From the IMG/VR virus record IMGVR_UViG_3300020045_005677, positions 64,413 through 128,412 of that record: a DNA stretch of 64,000 nt; one strand, written 5' to 3'. A program made the translations under genes and the position numbers. The notes beneath the pieces are model-generated. The model made no database searches and had not been told where the DNA came from. It saw nothing but the letters and a program-made list of their open reading frames with translations. The number at the start of each line of letters is the position of its first letter. Position 1 is the first letter of the stretch. Positions 29,816 through 39,525 of this stretch are shown here, piece after piece. Source of the DNA: a virus.

Positions 29816-31312
29816 ATGAGTAGAAGAGATAGCAATATAGAAGTAGCCGTAACGAAAATGTATTGGAATAAAGTGTATGGAAATGAGTTTAAACCTGTAC
29901 ATAGAAGAAATATAGAATTAGATTCTAGTTACTCTGCTGTACATGGAATAATTGATGCTTTAGATTATAAGAAAGTAAATAAATTGTCAATTGGAGATTT
30001 AACACATACTCCAGATTTGATTACATTATCAGATGCACCTAATGCTGATGCTGTTAATATTAGAGGTGGTTGGAATACAGATAGATTTGCATTTATGATG
30101 GAAATCACAATGATAGAGAGAGGTAATGTAAATAATATTTACTTATCTGGATATACGGATGCCGATGACCTATTTGGGTTGTGGACATCTAGTGCTAAAG
30201 ATGCTACATTAAATAGTGATATAAAGTTAATCTTTAACGATTGTCTAATTACACAAACAGTAAGACAAGGAAATAGAGATGTAACTAGAATTGTAGACAG
30301 TTATGAGATTATTCCTACTCCAGATAAAGAAGAGAAAAGAATGGGAGCATCTACACTAAGACCTACAGATGTATTTGCTACTATTCAGGGACAAGAAAGA
30401 TTTAGTACTGACAACTTTGATGTAGATGGTGTAACTCTAGTAGATACTAGAACACAAAATCATGGTGGTAAGATATCTAGATATTCAAATTCATCTCTAG
30501 ATAATCATTTAGTATCTGTATCTAATCTATATATGCAAGCTAGTAGTGAAGCATATACAGGAAATGACTTAGAAGTATATGACGATTTAGTATATTCTAC
30601 TAGAGAACCTGATTTAGTAAATGCAGTAAAACTATTCGATTTAATATTTCAAGAGACTGGAGAGATAGTAGAAGACTCTATTAGACTAGGAGATTTATTA
30701 TCTGTATGTCCCGAGAGATGTAAAGCTCAAGAAGACTTTGTAATCAATGATAAACCTAGACAAGATAGAGATACTGAGATTAGAGCATTAGCTAGTCAGC
30801 ATAGAGAGTTTAAAGCATTGACCACTTTAGATTCAGAGGGTACAGATGTAATTGGTGTAGATGTAAAGTTAGCTCAATTAGCATTAGCTGAAACAGTAGC
30901 ATTGATGAATATGTATAAGATTACACAATTAGCATTAACAGCTACTAATCTTAGTAAAGATTATAATAATAGACCATTAATCTTTATAGCAAACAGTAAT
31001 AGTTTAATTAGTAATGAAGATATTACTACTTATCTATTAGGTCAATTTGAAGAGAGATTTTTAAATACAGTATTTAATAAAATTAGTTATGCAGGACAAA
31101 TATCTGTTAACTTATCTTTATATATTGGATTTAATACAGAAAAGATAGAAATATCTATAAATGGAGATGCGCCATTAGTATTAGCATTGCCTAAATTTAT
31201 GAGTAGTAATTTTAGTTGTGTAGTTGGTGGTGATAGTGATTTAAAACAATTAAGTAGGGGATACAAAGACTTATTTAATACAATATCTGAAAATACAGGA
31301 GCAAGTAAATGA
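29816..31312 (+). CDS. Conserved core protein, putative phiKZ gp69 (PicA/Imp1 nuclear import factor) homolog
   Basis: 498 aa; GWNTDRFAFMME motif; position between gp68-like and gp70-like genes. Confidence 0.45.
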   Translation: MSRRDSNIEVAVTKMYWNKVYGNEFKPVHRRNIELDSSYSAVHGIIDALDYKKVNKLSIGDLTHTPDLITLSDAPNADAVNIRGGWNTDRFAFMMEITMIERGNVNNIYLSGYTDADDLFGLWTSSAKDATLNSDIKLIFNDCLITQTVRQGNRDVTRIVDSYEIIPTPDKEEKRMGASTLRPTDVFATIQGQERFSTDNFDVDGVTLVDTRTQNHGGKISRYSNSSLDNHLVSVSNLYMQASSEAYTGNDLEVYDDLVYSTREPDLVNAVKLFDLIFQETGEIVEDSIRLGDLLSVCPERCKAQEDFVINDKPRQDRDTEIRALASQHREFKALTTLDSEGTDVIGVDVKLAQLALAETVALMNMYKITQLALTATNLSKDYNNRPLIFIANSNSLISNEDITTYLLGQFEERFLNTVFNKISYAGQISVNLSLYIGFNTEKIEISINGDAPLVLALPKFMSSNFSCVVGGDSDLKQLSRGYKDLFNTISENTGASK

Positions 31313-32493
31313 AATTAGTAGATTTTTATAATAAAGCTTTAATCTCTGTAGGTATGCAATCTACAGAGGAAGGTAATATTGTATATACAAATGATGAAAG
31401 CAAGCTAGTAACAGCCAGCAAGAAACAAATGGTGATGCCAATTAAACAACAAATCAATATCATTACTGAGGATAAAATATTATTTAATCCATTGCAAGAA
31501 GATATGATTAAAGGTATGAACTTATCTACTGCTAAAGTAAAAGTATCTGCCGATAGAATGTTAGCTAATGCATTTAACTTAGTAATAGAATCATTAGCAT
31601 TGTTAGCTAAGGATATAGAACTACAAAACAAAGCTAACCTAGAGTTAAATAAATTTACTGGTGAATTAAATAAATTAAGAAAACAAAACATGAAAGAGAT
31701 TGTAGATGCTCCATTTGTCACAATGATATCTAAGGTGCATTCAGAATCTATTAAAAAGACTTCAATGTTTGGAAGCATAGCTATTAAGATAGATAAAAAT
31801 AAAGCTATAGAGGGTGAGAAGTTTAGTAAGGTTGGTTCTTTAATATTACCAATTTATGAAGACTTATTATTAGACTCTACTAAGATTTACGATATTGAGT
31901 TAAAGAGAAAGAAAGATGCTGATATTTATAAAACAATGGTAGAGTTTATTATTGGTAAGAATGATAATGATGAAGTAGCATTATCTAATTATACTACTGG
32001 AAGCAACTCTTTATCTTCTCCATCATTTATTGTAATCTATAGAGTATACTTTAAACTAGCTACTAGATTAAATAAGTTAATAGATGGTTTAAAATTTATT
32101 AATGAAGATATAGTAAAAGCTAAAATTAATTTAGCATTATCTCTAGATGATTTATCATTGATTCCAGAGTTTGATTCTGAGTTAAGAATGATTCCAAACT
32201 TAAATAAGATTCAACAGATGAATATGGAGCCTATTAGAGCTAAAGAAACATTATTGCCTGCTAGAGATTCAATATTAAATAGAACAACAGCTACAGCTGA
32301 TTATAGACCATCTAGTGCAGCTGCATTAATGAATAGATTATCTGGTAGCAATAACAATACTGTAGCTCCTAGAGAAACATTAGTAGTAAATAGACCATCT
32401 AATATTTTAGCTAATATTAGAGATATAGATGATGATAGCTATAGACCAATGAGAAGAGAAAGAACTCTAGGTAATATTAGAGACTTAAGATAA
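31309..32493 (+). CDS. Conserved core protein, phiKZ gp70-like
   Basis: 394 aa; ATGA overlap; KILFNPLQE motif; low-complexity C-terminus. Confidence 0.45.
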   Translation: MKLVDFYNKALISVGMQSTEEGNIVYTNDESKLVTASKKQMVMPIKQQINIITEDKILFNPLQEDMIKGMNLSTAKVKVSADRMLANAFNLVIESLALLAKDIELQNKANLELNKFTGELNKLRKQNMKEIVDAPFVTMISKVHSESIKKTSMFGSIAIKIDKNKAIEGEKFSKVGSLILPIYEDLLLDSTKIYDIELKRKKDADIYKTMVEFIIGKNDNDEVALSNYTTGSNSLSSPSFIVIYRVYFKLATRLNKLIDGLKFINEDIVKAKINLALSLDDLSLIPEFDSELRMIPNLNKIQQMNMEPIRAKETLLPARDSILNRTTATADYRPSSAAALMNRLSGSNNNTVAPRETLVVNRPSNILANIRDIDDDSYRPMRRERTLGNIRDLR

Positions 32494-32496
32494 GCC

Positions 32497-32527
32497 ATAC
32501 ACTATAGAGATAATCTCTATAGTGTAT
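32497..32527 (+). terminator. Hairpin, 14-bp stem
   Basis: ATACACTATAGAGA-TAA-TCTCTATAGTGTAT. Confidence 0.65.
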
Positions 32528-32563
32528 ATTATATTTAAAATTTTATTTAAAAGAGGATTTAAG

Positions 32564-33172
32564 ATGGGAATTAAACAAGGTTTTTATTTAGTATTAGAAG
32601 GAATAGATGGATGTGGTAAAACTAGAATGGCCACTGCTATAGTACATGCTTTAAAATTAAGAAGTAATAAAGCGATAATCCATTTAAGAGAACCTACTTA
32701 TTCTAATAATGGTAAAGCAGCTAGAGAAATATTAATGAGTAATCCTGATGGATTAACACCACGACAAGAAGAACAAACTGCAGAGTTAATATTACTAGAT
32801 AGAATGGAAAATATATCTAATGTAGTTGAGCACTTAAGAAATGATTGTATTATAATTCAAGAGAGAAATGCTTTAACTGCTATAGCTTATAATAAGTGTA
32901 GTGATTATCATATTGTTAATAAAATTAATAAGTTAGCATTAAAGCCAGATGTATTAGTATTCCTAGATACTAGTGTAGAAGTAGCTATGAATAGATTAAT
33001 AGCTAGTGGACACAAATTAGATGCTTATGAAAATAAAGAGAGAATGACTGAGAATAGAGATAGATATCTAGACTTAGAAGATGACTATATAGATTTAGTG
33101 TTACCAAATAATGATTTAGGTGATTTTGAATTAGCCTTAGAGACTATAGTAAAAATGATACTATTAAAATAG
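32564..33172 (+). CDS. tmk: Thymidylate kinase
   Basis: LEGIDGCGKT P-loop, REP, DR motif and PDVLVFLD; start reassigned to the ATG at 32564 after AGAGGA. Confidence 0.92.
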   Translation: MGIKQGFYLVLEGIDGCGKTRMATAIVHALKLRSNKAIIHLREPTYSNNGKAAREILMSNPDGLTPRQEEQTAELILLDRMENISNVVEHLRNDCIIIQERNALTAIAYNKCSDYHIVNKINKLALKPDVLVFLDTSVEVAMNRLIASGHKLDAYENKERMTENRDRYLDLEDDYIDLVLPNNDLGDFELALETIVKMILLK

Positions 33173-33184
33173 ACGGCAAACAAG

Positions 33185-33222
33185 TACATACTACTAGTCC
33201 AAGGATAGACTAGTAGTATGTA
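33185..33222. terminator. Bidirectional terminator candidate, 15-bp stem
   Basis: TACATACTACTAGTC/GACTAGTAGTATGTA between convergent tmk and the 33399 ORF. Confidence 0.75.
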
Positions 33223-33398
33223 TAATTCTCGTTCTAAAATAAACATAAAATTCAATATTTAAAATACAAGTTCTCTTCCACAATTATTTCACAAAAACTT
33301 AGAGAAGATGCTTTAAGAATACGATTGGAATAATAAAATAATTTTTCAAAACTCTATTAATCCAATTGCATAATAATACATGCTTAAAATAAATATAT

Positions 33399-33725
33399 TT
33401 ATTCGTTAATTATATATTTATTATATACGCTTTGAAGACTCACTGCTCCATATATCTTTAAGCTTATTTTTTTTCCATTAAAATCGGTAGGACTCTTAAA
33501 TCCATTTAATCTCATTAATGGATACCAATATCTCTCTGGTAATTGATAGTATACAAACACTGCATGTAAATCAAACTCATTAGCACTAGCTATAGCTCCT
33601 GGCACATCTACTAATTCATATTCATATTGTTTTTTTATTTCTTCTAATATTAATTCCCATTTATTATTTATATCTAATGTAATTACTTCAGTTCCTGTTG
33701 AAATAAAATCTAATAAATTACTCAT
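33399..33725 (-). CDS. Small conserved phiKZ-like protein (LysM/tail-X-like helix)
   Basis: 108 aa, AGGAG RBS; YWYPLMRLNG...PTDF motif. Confidence 0.55.
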   Translation of the reverse strand: MSNLLDFISTGTEVITLDINNKWELILEEIKKQYEYELVDVPGAIASANEFDLHAVFVYYQLPERYWYPLMRLNGFKSPTDFNGKKISLKIYGAVSLQSVYNKYIINE

Positions 33726-33766
33726 AATGTTCTCCTGTAAAAATCTTACTAATTCTAACTAAATTC

Positions 33767-33789
33767 AAACACATATTATTAAATTAGTA
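33767..33789 (+). promoter_or_regulatory. Phage promoter motif, subtype A
   Basis: AAACACATATTATTAAATTAGTA before the RNAP gene. Confidence 0.75.
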
Positions 33790-33859
33790 CATCATTCTAA
33801 ACATTTTTCTAAAGCTAGAAATTTAGGTGACTGATAGTAAATTTAAAAGGAAATATTAT

Positions 33860-36100
33860 ATGGCTAAAATTAGTAACATAGATGAAATATTAAAGCAGAT
33901 GAAGTTTCTTCAGATTGATGAAACATTATTATCTACTATGGCAGAAATACCTTTTGTAAAACATAACTCATCTCCTAGACTAGTAATGAGAAATGGAATG
34001 TTTTATCAGGCTCTTAAAATATCTAATCCTGATAGAAAGATTCTTCAAACTGGACATGAGTTCCAAATAGGTCAGTATAGCTTTAAACAAATATTAAAAG
34101 CTAATTCTAAAATTGTTGGAGTAATTCCTAGATATAGAAAAACTAATTCTAATAATAATCAGTATATCGAAATCACTATACTATATATAGACTTAGAGAC
34201 AAAAACATTAAAACATATAGATTTAACTAGAACACAAAAGATTCATGCATATTTTGGCTTTGAATACGAATGGGACCAAGCTGTACTAGATGATTTAAAT
34301 ATTGGAGAAGTAATAGCTGAAGATACATTAGTAGCTAAATCTCCAAATGTAGCTGATGATGATTATTATAAATATGGTGTATTAGCAAATGTAGCTAGAA
34401 TATCTAGAAACCAAGCAGCTGAAGATGGTATGTGTATTAGAAAATCATTTCTAAATAGATTTGGATTCGATATGTATATTAAAGCTAAAATATCTATTGG
34501 ACCAAATGATGTATTAGCTAATCTATATGGAGATGAACATAATTATAAACCAATTCCTGAACCAGGTGATAAGATTCATAAATCAGGAGCACTAGCTGTA
34601 ATTAAAAAATATGATGCATTAACTGCACCAGCTCTAATGTCTAATAAAGCATTAATGGATTTTGACCCATTATTCGATAAAGCTTTATATCTTAAAGGTT
34701 CTCATGGCGAAGTAGTAGATTTAAAAGTATTACATTCTCCAGAAAATAAGAATACGGTATTTAATTCAGATTTATTATTTAAATATAATAACCTATTAAA
34801 ACAATATTATAGGGATTTATGTAAAGTATATAAAGATGAAGAAAAAGAACATTTTAAAAGATTTAATACATCATTGCATGTAGATAAGAAGACTCATAGA
34901 TTATTAGTAGAAGCTAGAACTTTCTTAGCTATGGCTAATGAGGATAATCCAAACTTACCTGGTAACATTAAAGGCTATTATAGAAAGAATGAATTAAATA
35001 TATTAACAGTAGAGTTTACAGTTAGATATAGAGAGATTCCATACTATGGTAGTAAGTTTGCTGACTCATATGCTTCTAAATCTGTAATTGTAGATGTAAT
35101 AGATGATAAGGATATGCCAGAAGGTGTAGATGTAATTATTGAAGCTAAGACTCCTATATCAAGAATGAATGCTGGTGGTCCATATGAACACTACTTTGCT
35201 GATGCAGCTAGACATCATAAAGCTAAGCTAATTGACTTATTTAAAGATGCTATGGGTATTGGTGTAGATAAAGAAGATGCTAGAGGATTAATATTAAAAG
35301 CTATAGCAGATGAGTATAAACTATATGGAGTAAATAATAAAAGTTATTTATCTTATAACCATAGAGAATTAATATCTATGTTACATTCTTTAAATCATGA
35401 TAGTATAGATTATATCTTTAATGCACTATTAGCTTTTATTAAGCTATTTAACGAATCACAATGTAAATACTATAAGGCTAGTACTCATGAAGATAAGATT
35501 AGAATACTATACCAAGTAATTACAGAAGAGGTAATACTATTTGCTAACAATGATGAAGTAAGAGACCCAAATAAAAAACAAACTTGGGAAGCAGCTAGAG
35601 ATATTGAGAATAGTGAATTTAAACCTCCTAAAAAGAGACTAGAGTTTGTAAATGCTGATGGTACTACTAGTTTATCTAAAACTGAAATTAGAGTAGCTCC
35701 TATGTATTTAACACTATTGTGTAAATTACCTCAAGAGATGAATAGTTGTGCCACTACTGACTATAATCATCATGGATTACCAGTTCAACCATCAGTAGAA
35801 AAAAAGACTAGATTACCTGTAGAATCTAGACCTACTAAAAATATAGGTGAAACAGAATCTAGAGCTCACTTAGCATATTTAGAAGATAGTGTAAACTTTA
35901 CTGGAACAATGATTAATAGAGCTAATAATATTAAAAACCATTCTGGTATATATGCACAAATACTAAGAGCAGAACAACCTACTAATATAGAAAAACTAGA
36001 AGAGACATTTGAAGGTAATACTATATTAGAAACTATGCATTCTACATTAAGAACTGCTGGAGTAGAGATTAAATATAAAGAGGACAAGTGGTATGAATAA
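33860..36100 (+). CDS. rpoB: Non-virion RNA polymerase beta subunit, C-terminal part (phiKZ gp71-73-like)
   Basis: HNSSPRLVM, AAEDGM, GSKF...SKSV...DMP, SRMNAG and IGETESR beta motifs; start at ATG 33860 after AAAGGA. Confidence 0.88.
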   Translation: MAKISNIDEILKQMKFLQIDETLLSTMAEIPFVKHNSSPRLVMRNGMFYQALKISNPDRKILQTGHEFQIGQYSFKQILKANSKIVGVIPRYRKTNSNNNQYIEITILYIDLETKTLKHIDLTRTQKIHAYFGFEYEWDQAVLDDLNIGEVIAEDTLVAKSPNVADDDYYKYGVLANVARISRNQAAEDGMCIRKSFLNRFGFDMYIKAKISIGPNDVLANLYGDEHNYKPIPEPGDKIHKSGALAVIKKYDALTAPALMSNKALMDFDPLFDKALYLKGSHGEVVDLKVLHSPENKNTVFNSDLLFKYNNLLKQYYRDLCKVYKDEEKEHFKRFNTSLHVDKKTHRLLVEARTFLAMANEDNPNLPGNIKGYYRKNELNILTVEFTVRYREIPYYGSKFADSYASKSVIVDVIDDKDMPEGVDVIIEAKTPISRMNAGGPYEHYFADAARHHKAKLIDLFKDAMGIGVDKEDARGLILKAIADEYKLYGVNNKSYLSYNHRELISMLHSLNHDSIDYIFNALLAFIKLFNESQCKYYKASTHEDKIRILYQVITEEVILFANNDEVRDPNKKQTWEAARDIENSEFKPPKKRLEFVNADGTTSLSKTEIRVAPMYLTLLCKLPQEMNSCATTDYNHHGLPVQPSVEKKTRLPVESRPTKNIGETESRAHLAYLEDSVNFTGTMINRANNIKNHSGIYAQILRAEQPTNIEKLEETFEGNTILETMHSTLRTAGVEIKYKEDKWYE

Positions 36101-38117
36101 TGTTGTAAATGTAAGAGATTTAGGTAAAAAGAAATGTTTAGATATAGCTAAAAATCTAAAGGGTGGATTAAATATATTATTCGAAGATAATGTAGAGAAA
36201 CACTTAACTTCTAAAGAAGTAATTATGTCTAGATACTACTGGGAGATATTATATAACTATCCTAAACAAAAGATATTATCTACTTATGTAGTATCTAATT
36301 ATTATAAGTCTGGTTTATACTCTAGTAAAACACATATAGATTTTCTATACACCATTACTAGAGATTTAATCTATGGAATATTGCAAGATGTAAAAGACAG
36401 AAAGAAAACTCTATCTAATATATATTCATTAGTATATGATGTAGCTGAAGCATTGTATAACGAACTATCTGAATACTTAAAAGATTATGTAATCTCTATA
36501 GATTTAATAGACCTATTAGATATACAGCTAAAAGAAGAAGTAATGGAATCCATAGCTAGAGTAAAAAGAGAAATGACAAATGAATCTATTAGGTCTGCTC
36601 ATGAGATATTAGATAGGTTATTAAGAGAAGATGAATCTCTTAAAGATAACCCAGCTGTAATAGCATATATTTCAGAAGCTGTATCTGGTGGACAAATGAA
36701 AGCTATGTTATCTAGCAATGGATTTAAAACAGATAGTAATGGAAAGATATTTCCTTATCCTGTTACATCTTCATTTATGCTAGGATTAGATAATATGTAC
36801 GAAGTAATAATAGAGTCTAGAACAGCTATTAAAGCTCTAATATTATCTACTAAAGGAATTCAGTCTACAGAGACTTTTGCTAAAGAGTTACAGCTATTGA
36901 CTATGTATATAGAAAGAATTAGAATAGATGATGATTGTGGTAGTGCAGATTATCTAGAATGGTTTGTATCTGAAGAACAAAAAGATATTAATAATCTATT
37001 AGGTAGCTATTATCTAAACGAAGAGACTAATCAATTAGAGTTAATTACTGAAGATAGTAAACATATAATTGGAACTAAAATTAAATTAAGAAATCCAATC
37101 GGTTGTAAGCATTGGGATAAGCATGGAATATGTGGAATATGTTATGGGGACTTAGGATATCAAATTCCTATTACTGCTAACCTAGGACACTTTAGTGCTG
37201 TAAATCCTACTGGACAAACTACTCAGTTATCTTTTAAAACTAAACATCAACAAGATAGTGCATCAGCTGAGACTGTAATACTAGATGAAGTAGCTAAAAG
37301 ATTTTTTAATATTAGACAGAAATCTAATTTTTGTATTAACAAGATTAACTTAAAAGATGGAGATAAATTATATATAGAAGCTCCTCAGGAATTCTTCTTT
37401 GGTATTAGAGATATTAATGAAGAAAATATAGAGAAGATAGATGTATCTAGAGTAACAAGAATTCCTTTTGTTACAATTAGATATAAGAAAAGAAACTTGG
37501 AGGAAGAGGTATATAGAATAGAAGTTAAAAGAGGAAATAGATTTGGATTTCTATCTACTAAGTTCTTAGCATATACACTAGAGCATTCTCCAGAGATATC
37601 ATCTGCTAATACAAATTATGTAATAGATATTACTAAGTTAAAAGAGAATACTCCAGTAATAATATTACCTGATATGGAATATAGTTATTTATCATTAGCA
37701 TTAGAAATTAAAGGATTATTAAAACAAGTAAATGTTAAAGATAATGCACACACTTTCTTAGCTAAATTATATAACTTGGTTAATAGTAAATTAAAAATTA
37801 ATATAGCTTATCTATCTGTAATCGTAAGAGCATTAATGGTAAAAGATATTAAGAGTAGAAACTATGATTTATCAGATGGTAGTAATGTAGATAGTATAGC
37901 AAAGATGATGCCTGTAATTAAGAAAAGAAGTTTAAGTAATGCATTAATCTTAGGATGGGCTGCTGGTACAATGACTACTCCTAGTAGCTTTGAAGATACT
38001 AATAGACCTAACTCATCTCTAGATGTATTATTTAGACCAGAAGAAGCAATTTATTGGGCACATAGAAGAGATAAAGTATTAGAAACAAGAAAAAATGAAA
38101 TGAGGAGAAAAAGATGA
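36093..38117 (+). CDS. rpoC: Non-virion RNA polymerase beta' subunit, C-terminal part (phiKZ gp74-like)
   Basis: DDCGS, RNPIGC...ICGICYG Zn site, trigger-loop-like TQLSFKTKH; no NADFDGD (expected in a separate gene). Confidence 0.88.
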   Translation: MNNVVNVRDLGKKKCLDIAKNLKGGLNILFEDNVEKHLTSKEVIMSRYYWEILYNYPKQKILSTYVVSNYYKSGLYSSKTHIDFLYTITRDLIYGILQDVKDRKKTLSNIYSLVYDVAEALYNELSEYLKDYVISIDLIDLLDIQLKEEVMESIARVKREMTNESIRSAHEILDRLLREDESLKDNPAVIAYISEAVSGGQMKAMLSSNGFKTDSNGKIFPYPVTSSFMLGLDNMYEVIIESRTAIKALILSTKGIQSTETFAKELQLLTMYIERIRIDDDCGSADYLEWFVSEEQKDINNLLGSYYLNEETNQLELITEDSKHIIGTKIKLRNPIGCKHWDKHGICGICYGDLGYQIPITANLGHFSAVNPTGQTTQLSFKTKHQQDSASAETVILDEVAKRFFNIRQKSNFCINKINLKDGDKLYIEAPQEFFFGIRDINEENIEKIDVSRVTRIPFVTIRYKKRNLEEEVYRIEVKRGNRFGFLSTKFLAYTLEHSPEISSANTNYVIDITKLKENTPVIILPDMEYSYLSLALEIKGLLKQVNVKDNAHTFLAKLYNLVNSKLKINIAYLSVIVRALMVKDIKSRNYDLSDGSNVDSIAKMMPVIKKRSLSNALILGWAAGTMTTPSSFEDTNRPNSSLDVLFRPEEAIYWAHRRDKVLETRKNEMRRKR

Positions 38118-39040
38118 ATAGTGTAGAAGATGCTGTTGAAAATAATGGCTTAAAAGTAGAGGTGGATTTTAAAGGAGGACAAGACGATTTAAAGTCTACT
38201 CCTGCTTCTAATCCTGCATCTGGAGAAATAATAGCTTGGAATTTTGTTAGTCAAGAAACTAATTCTATAGTGTTTGACCATGAGGATGTATCTGATGTAC
38301 AATATTTAACTGGAAAGCCTGAAGTAGTAACCCATGATACAAATGGAGATATAGTTTTAAATCACAGTCCTAGAAAAAGAGGTGAAACTATTCCTATTCA
38401 GATTGTGGATGAATGCGCATGGATTCCTGATTCAAACACAGAAGCTGGAATTGTTCATCATGTTGGAATGTCTGATTGTCATGCAGCTAAAATGGGTATA
38501 GATATGATTAAAGAATCAGATAGAGGCATTCATATAGTATCTCCAGAAGATGGCTTAGGTAGACTGGGACATATAATTAATAGATTTCCTCTTACTGAAG
38601 AAGAAATAGACAATAGTGCTAAAGAACACAATATCCAAAGAAGAATGCCATCTGGTAATGCTGTAGATGTAACCAAATTTGATGGTGCTAGTCAAGTTGA
38701 TTATTTAACTATAGATAGCATTGGTTCTGCATTCGATGAAGAAGAAATAACTATTACTCCTGAAGATGCATTAAAGTTACAAGATGAATTAAATGTATTT
38801 GAATTTATGGCTAAAGCTTCTCCTGGATTTAAAAGAGATATTGATTTTGAAAAGAGAATGGCTCTTAATCAATTAGACTTAACAGACCCTGAAGAAATTG
38901 TTAAATTACAAGCTTATATGCAATTAGTTCAAAAGCCAATGGATATTGAAAATCTAATAAATAAAGCTGCACATGATAAAATGAAAAAGAAATCTAGAGG
39001 TAATAAAACTAGATGGAGAGATATTAAAAAAGGTAGGTAG
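38114..39040 (+). CDS. Acidic hypothetical protein with basic tail
   Basis: 308 aa, ATGA overlap with the beta' gene. Confidence 0.65.
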   Translation: MNSVEDAVENNGLKVEVDFKGGQDDLKSTPASNPASGEIIAWNFVSQETNSIVFDHEDVSDVQYLTGKPEVVTHDTNGDIVLNHSPRKRGETIPIQIVDECAWIPDSNTEAGIVHHVGMSDCHAAKMGIDMIKESDRGIHIVSPEDGLGRLGHIINRFPLTEEEIDNSAKEHNIQRRMPSGNAVDVTKFDGASQVDYLTIDSIGSAFDEEEITITPEDALKLQDELNVFEFMAKASPGFKRDIDFEKRMALNQLDLTDPEEIVKLQAYMQLVQKPMDIENLINKAAHDKMKKKSRGNKTRWRDIKKGR

Positions 39041-39078
39041 AGATTTGTTTCTCTATCTGCTATTTAAAAGGATAAAAT

Positions 39079-39504
39079 ATGAAAGACAACTTGAGTTTAT
39101 TTTTTTCAATACCAGCTGGAGCTGATAGATGTACTATTAGAAATGTGTTAAGAATTAATAGGAAAATTAGAGACTTATTGATAGTAGGTATATTTATATC
39201 TATATTATTAATTATAGGAATAATAGTATCTAACTTTTATTCACCTTTTGATTTCTTTCCACATCTATTAACAGGATATACAATATTCTATGTAGGTTAT
39301 TTTTTTTATTTATTATCTATAATATTTCTTAAAAGACATTGCGATGCTATATGTATGTGCAGCAGTCAATTAGAATTAAACAGTGTACTACATAATCTAA
39401 ATCTTAGAATGTGTAAATATATTAGATTCTTTAATAAGATAAATAAAACATCATTAATTATAGTGGCAGTATGTATAGGACTACAAATATTATTTAGTAG
39501 ATAA
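39079..39504 (+). CDS. Membrane protein (about 3 TM)
   Basis: 141 aa, three hydrophobic segments, AAGGA RBS. Confidence 0.6.
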   Translation: MKDNLSLFFSIPAGADRCTIRNVLRINRKIRDLLIVGIFISILLIIGIIVSNFYSPFDFFPHLLTGYTIFYVGYFFYLLSIIFLKRHCDAICMCSSQLELNSVLHNLNLRMCKYIRFFNKINKTSLIIVAVCIGLQILFSR

Positions 39505-39525
39505 TACTAGAGAAAGGAAAAAGAT

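Noticed and set aside
17095-33172. Uracil-containing DNA as in AT-rich PBS1/AR9
   Set aside because: thyX and tmk indicate dTTP synthesis.
33860-38117. Group I intron or homing endonuclease in RNAP genes
   Set aside because: Both ORFs are continuous with motifs in order; no HNH or GIY-YIG ORF nearby.
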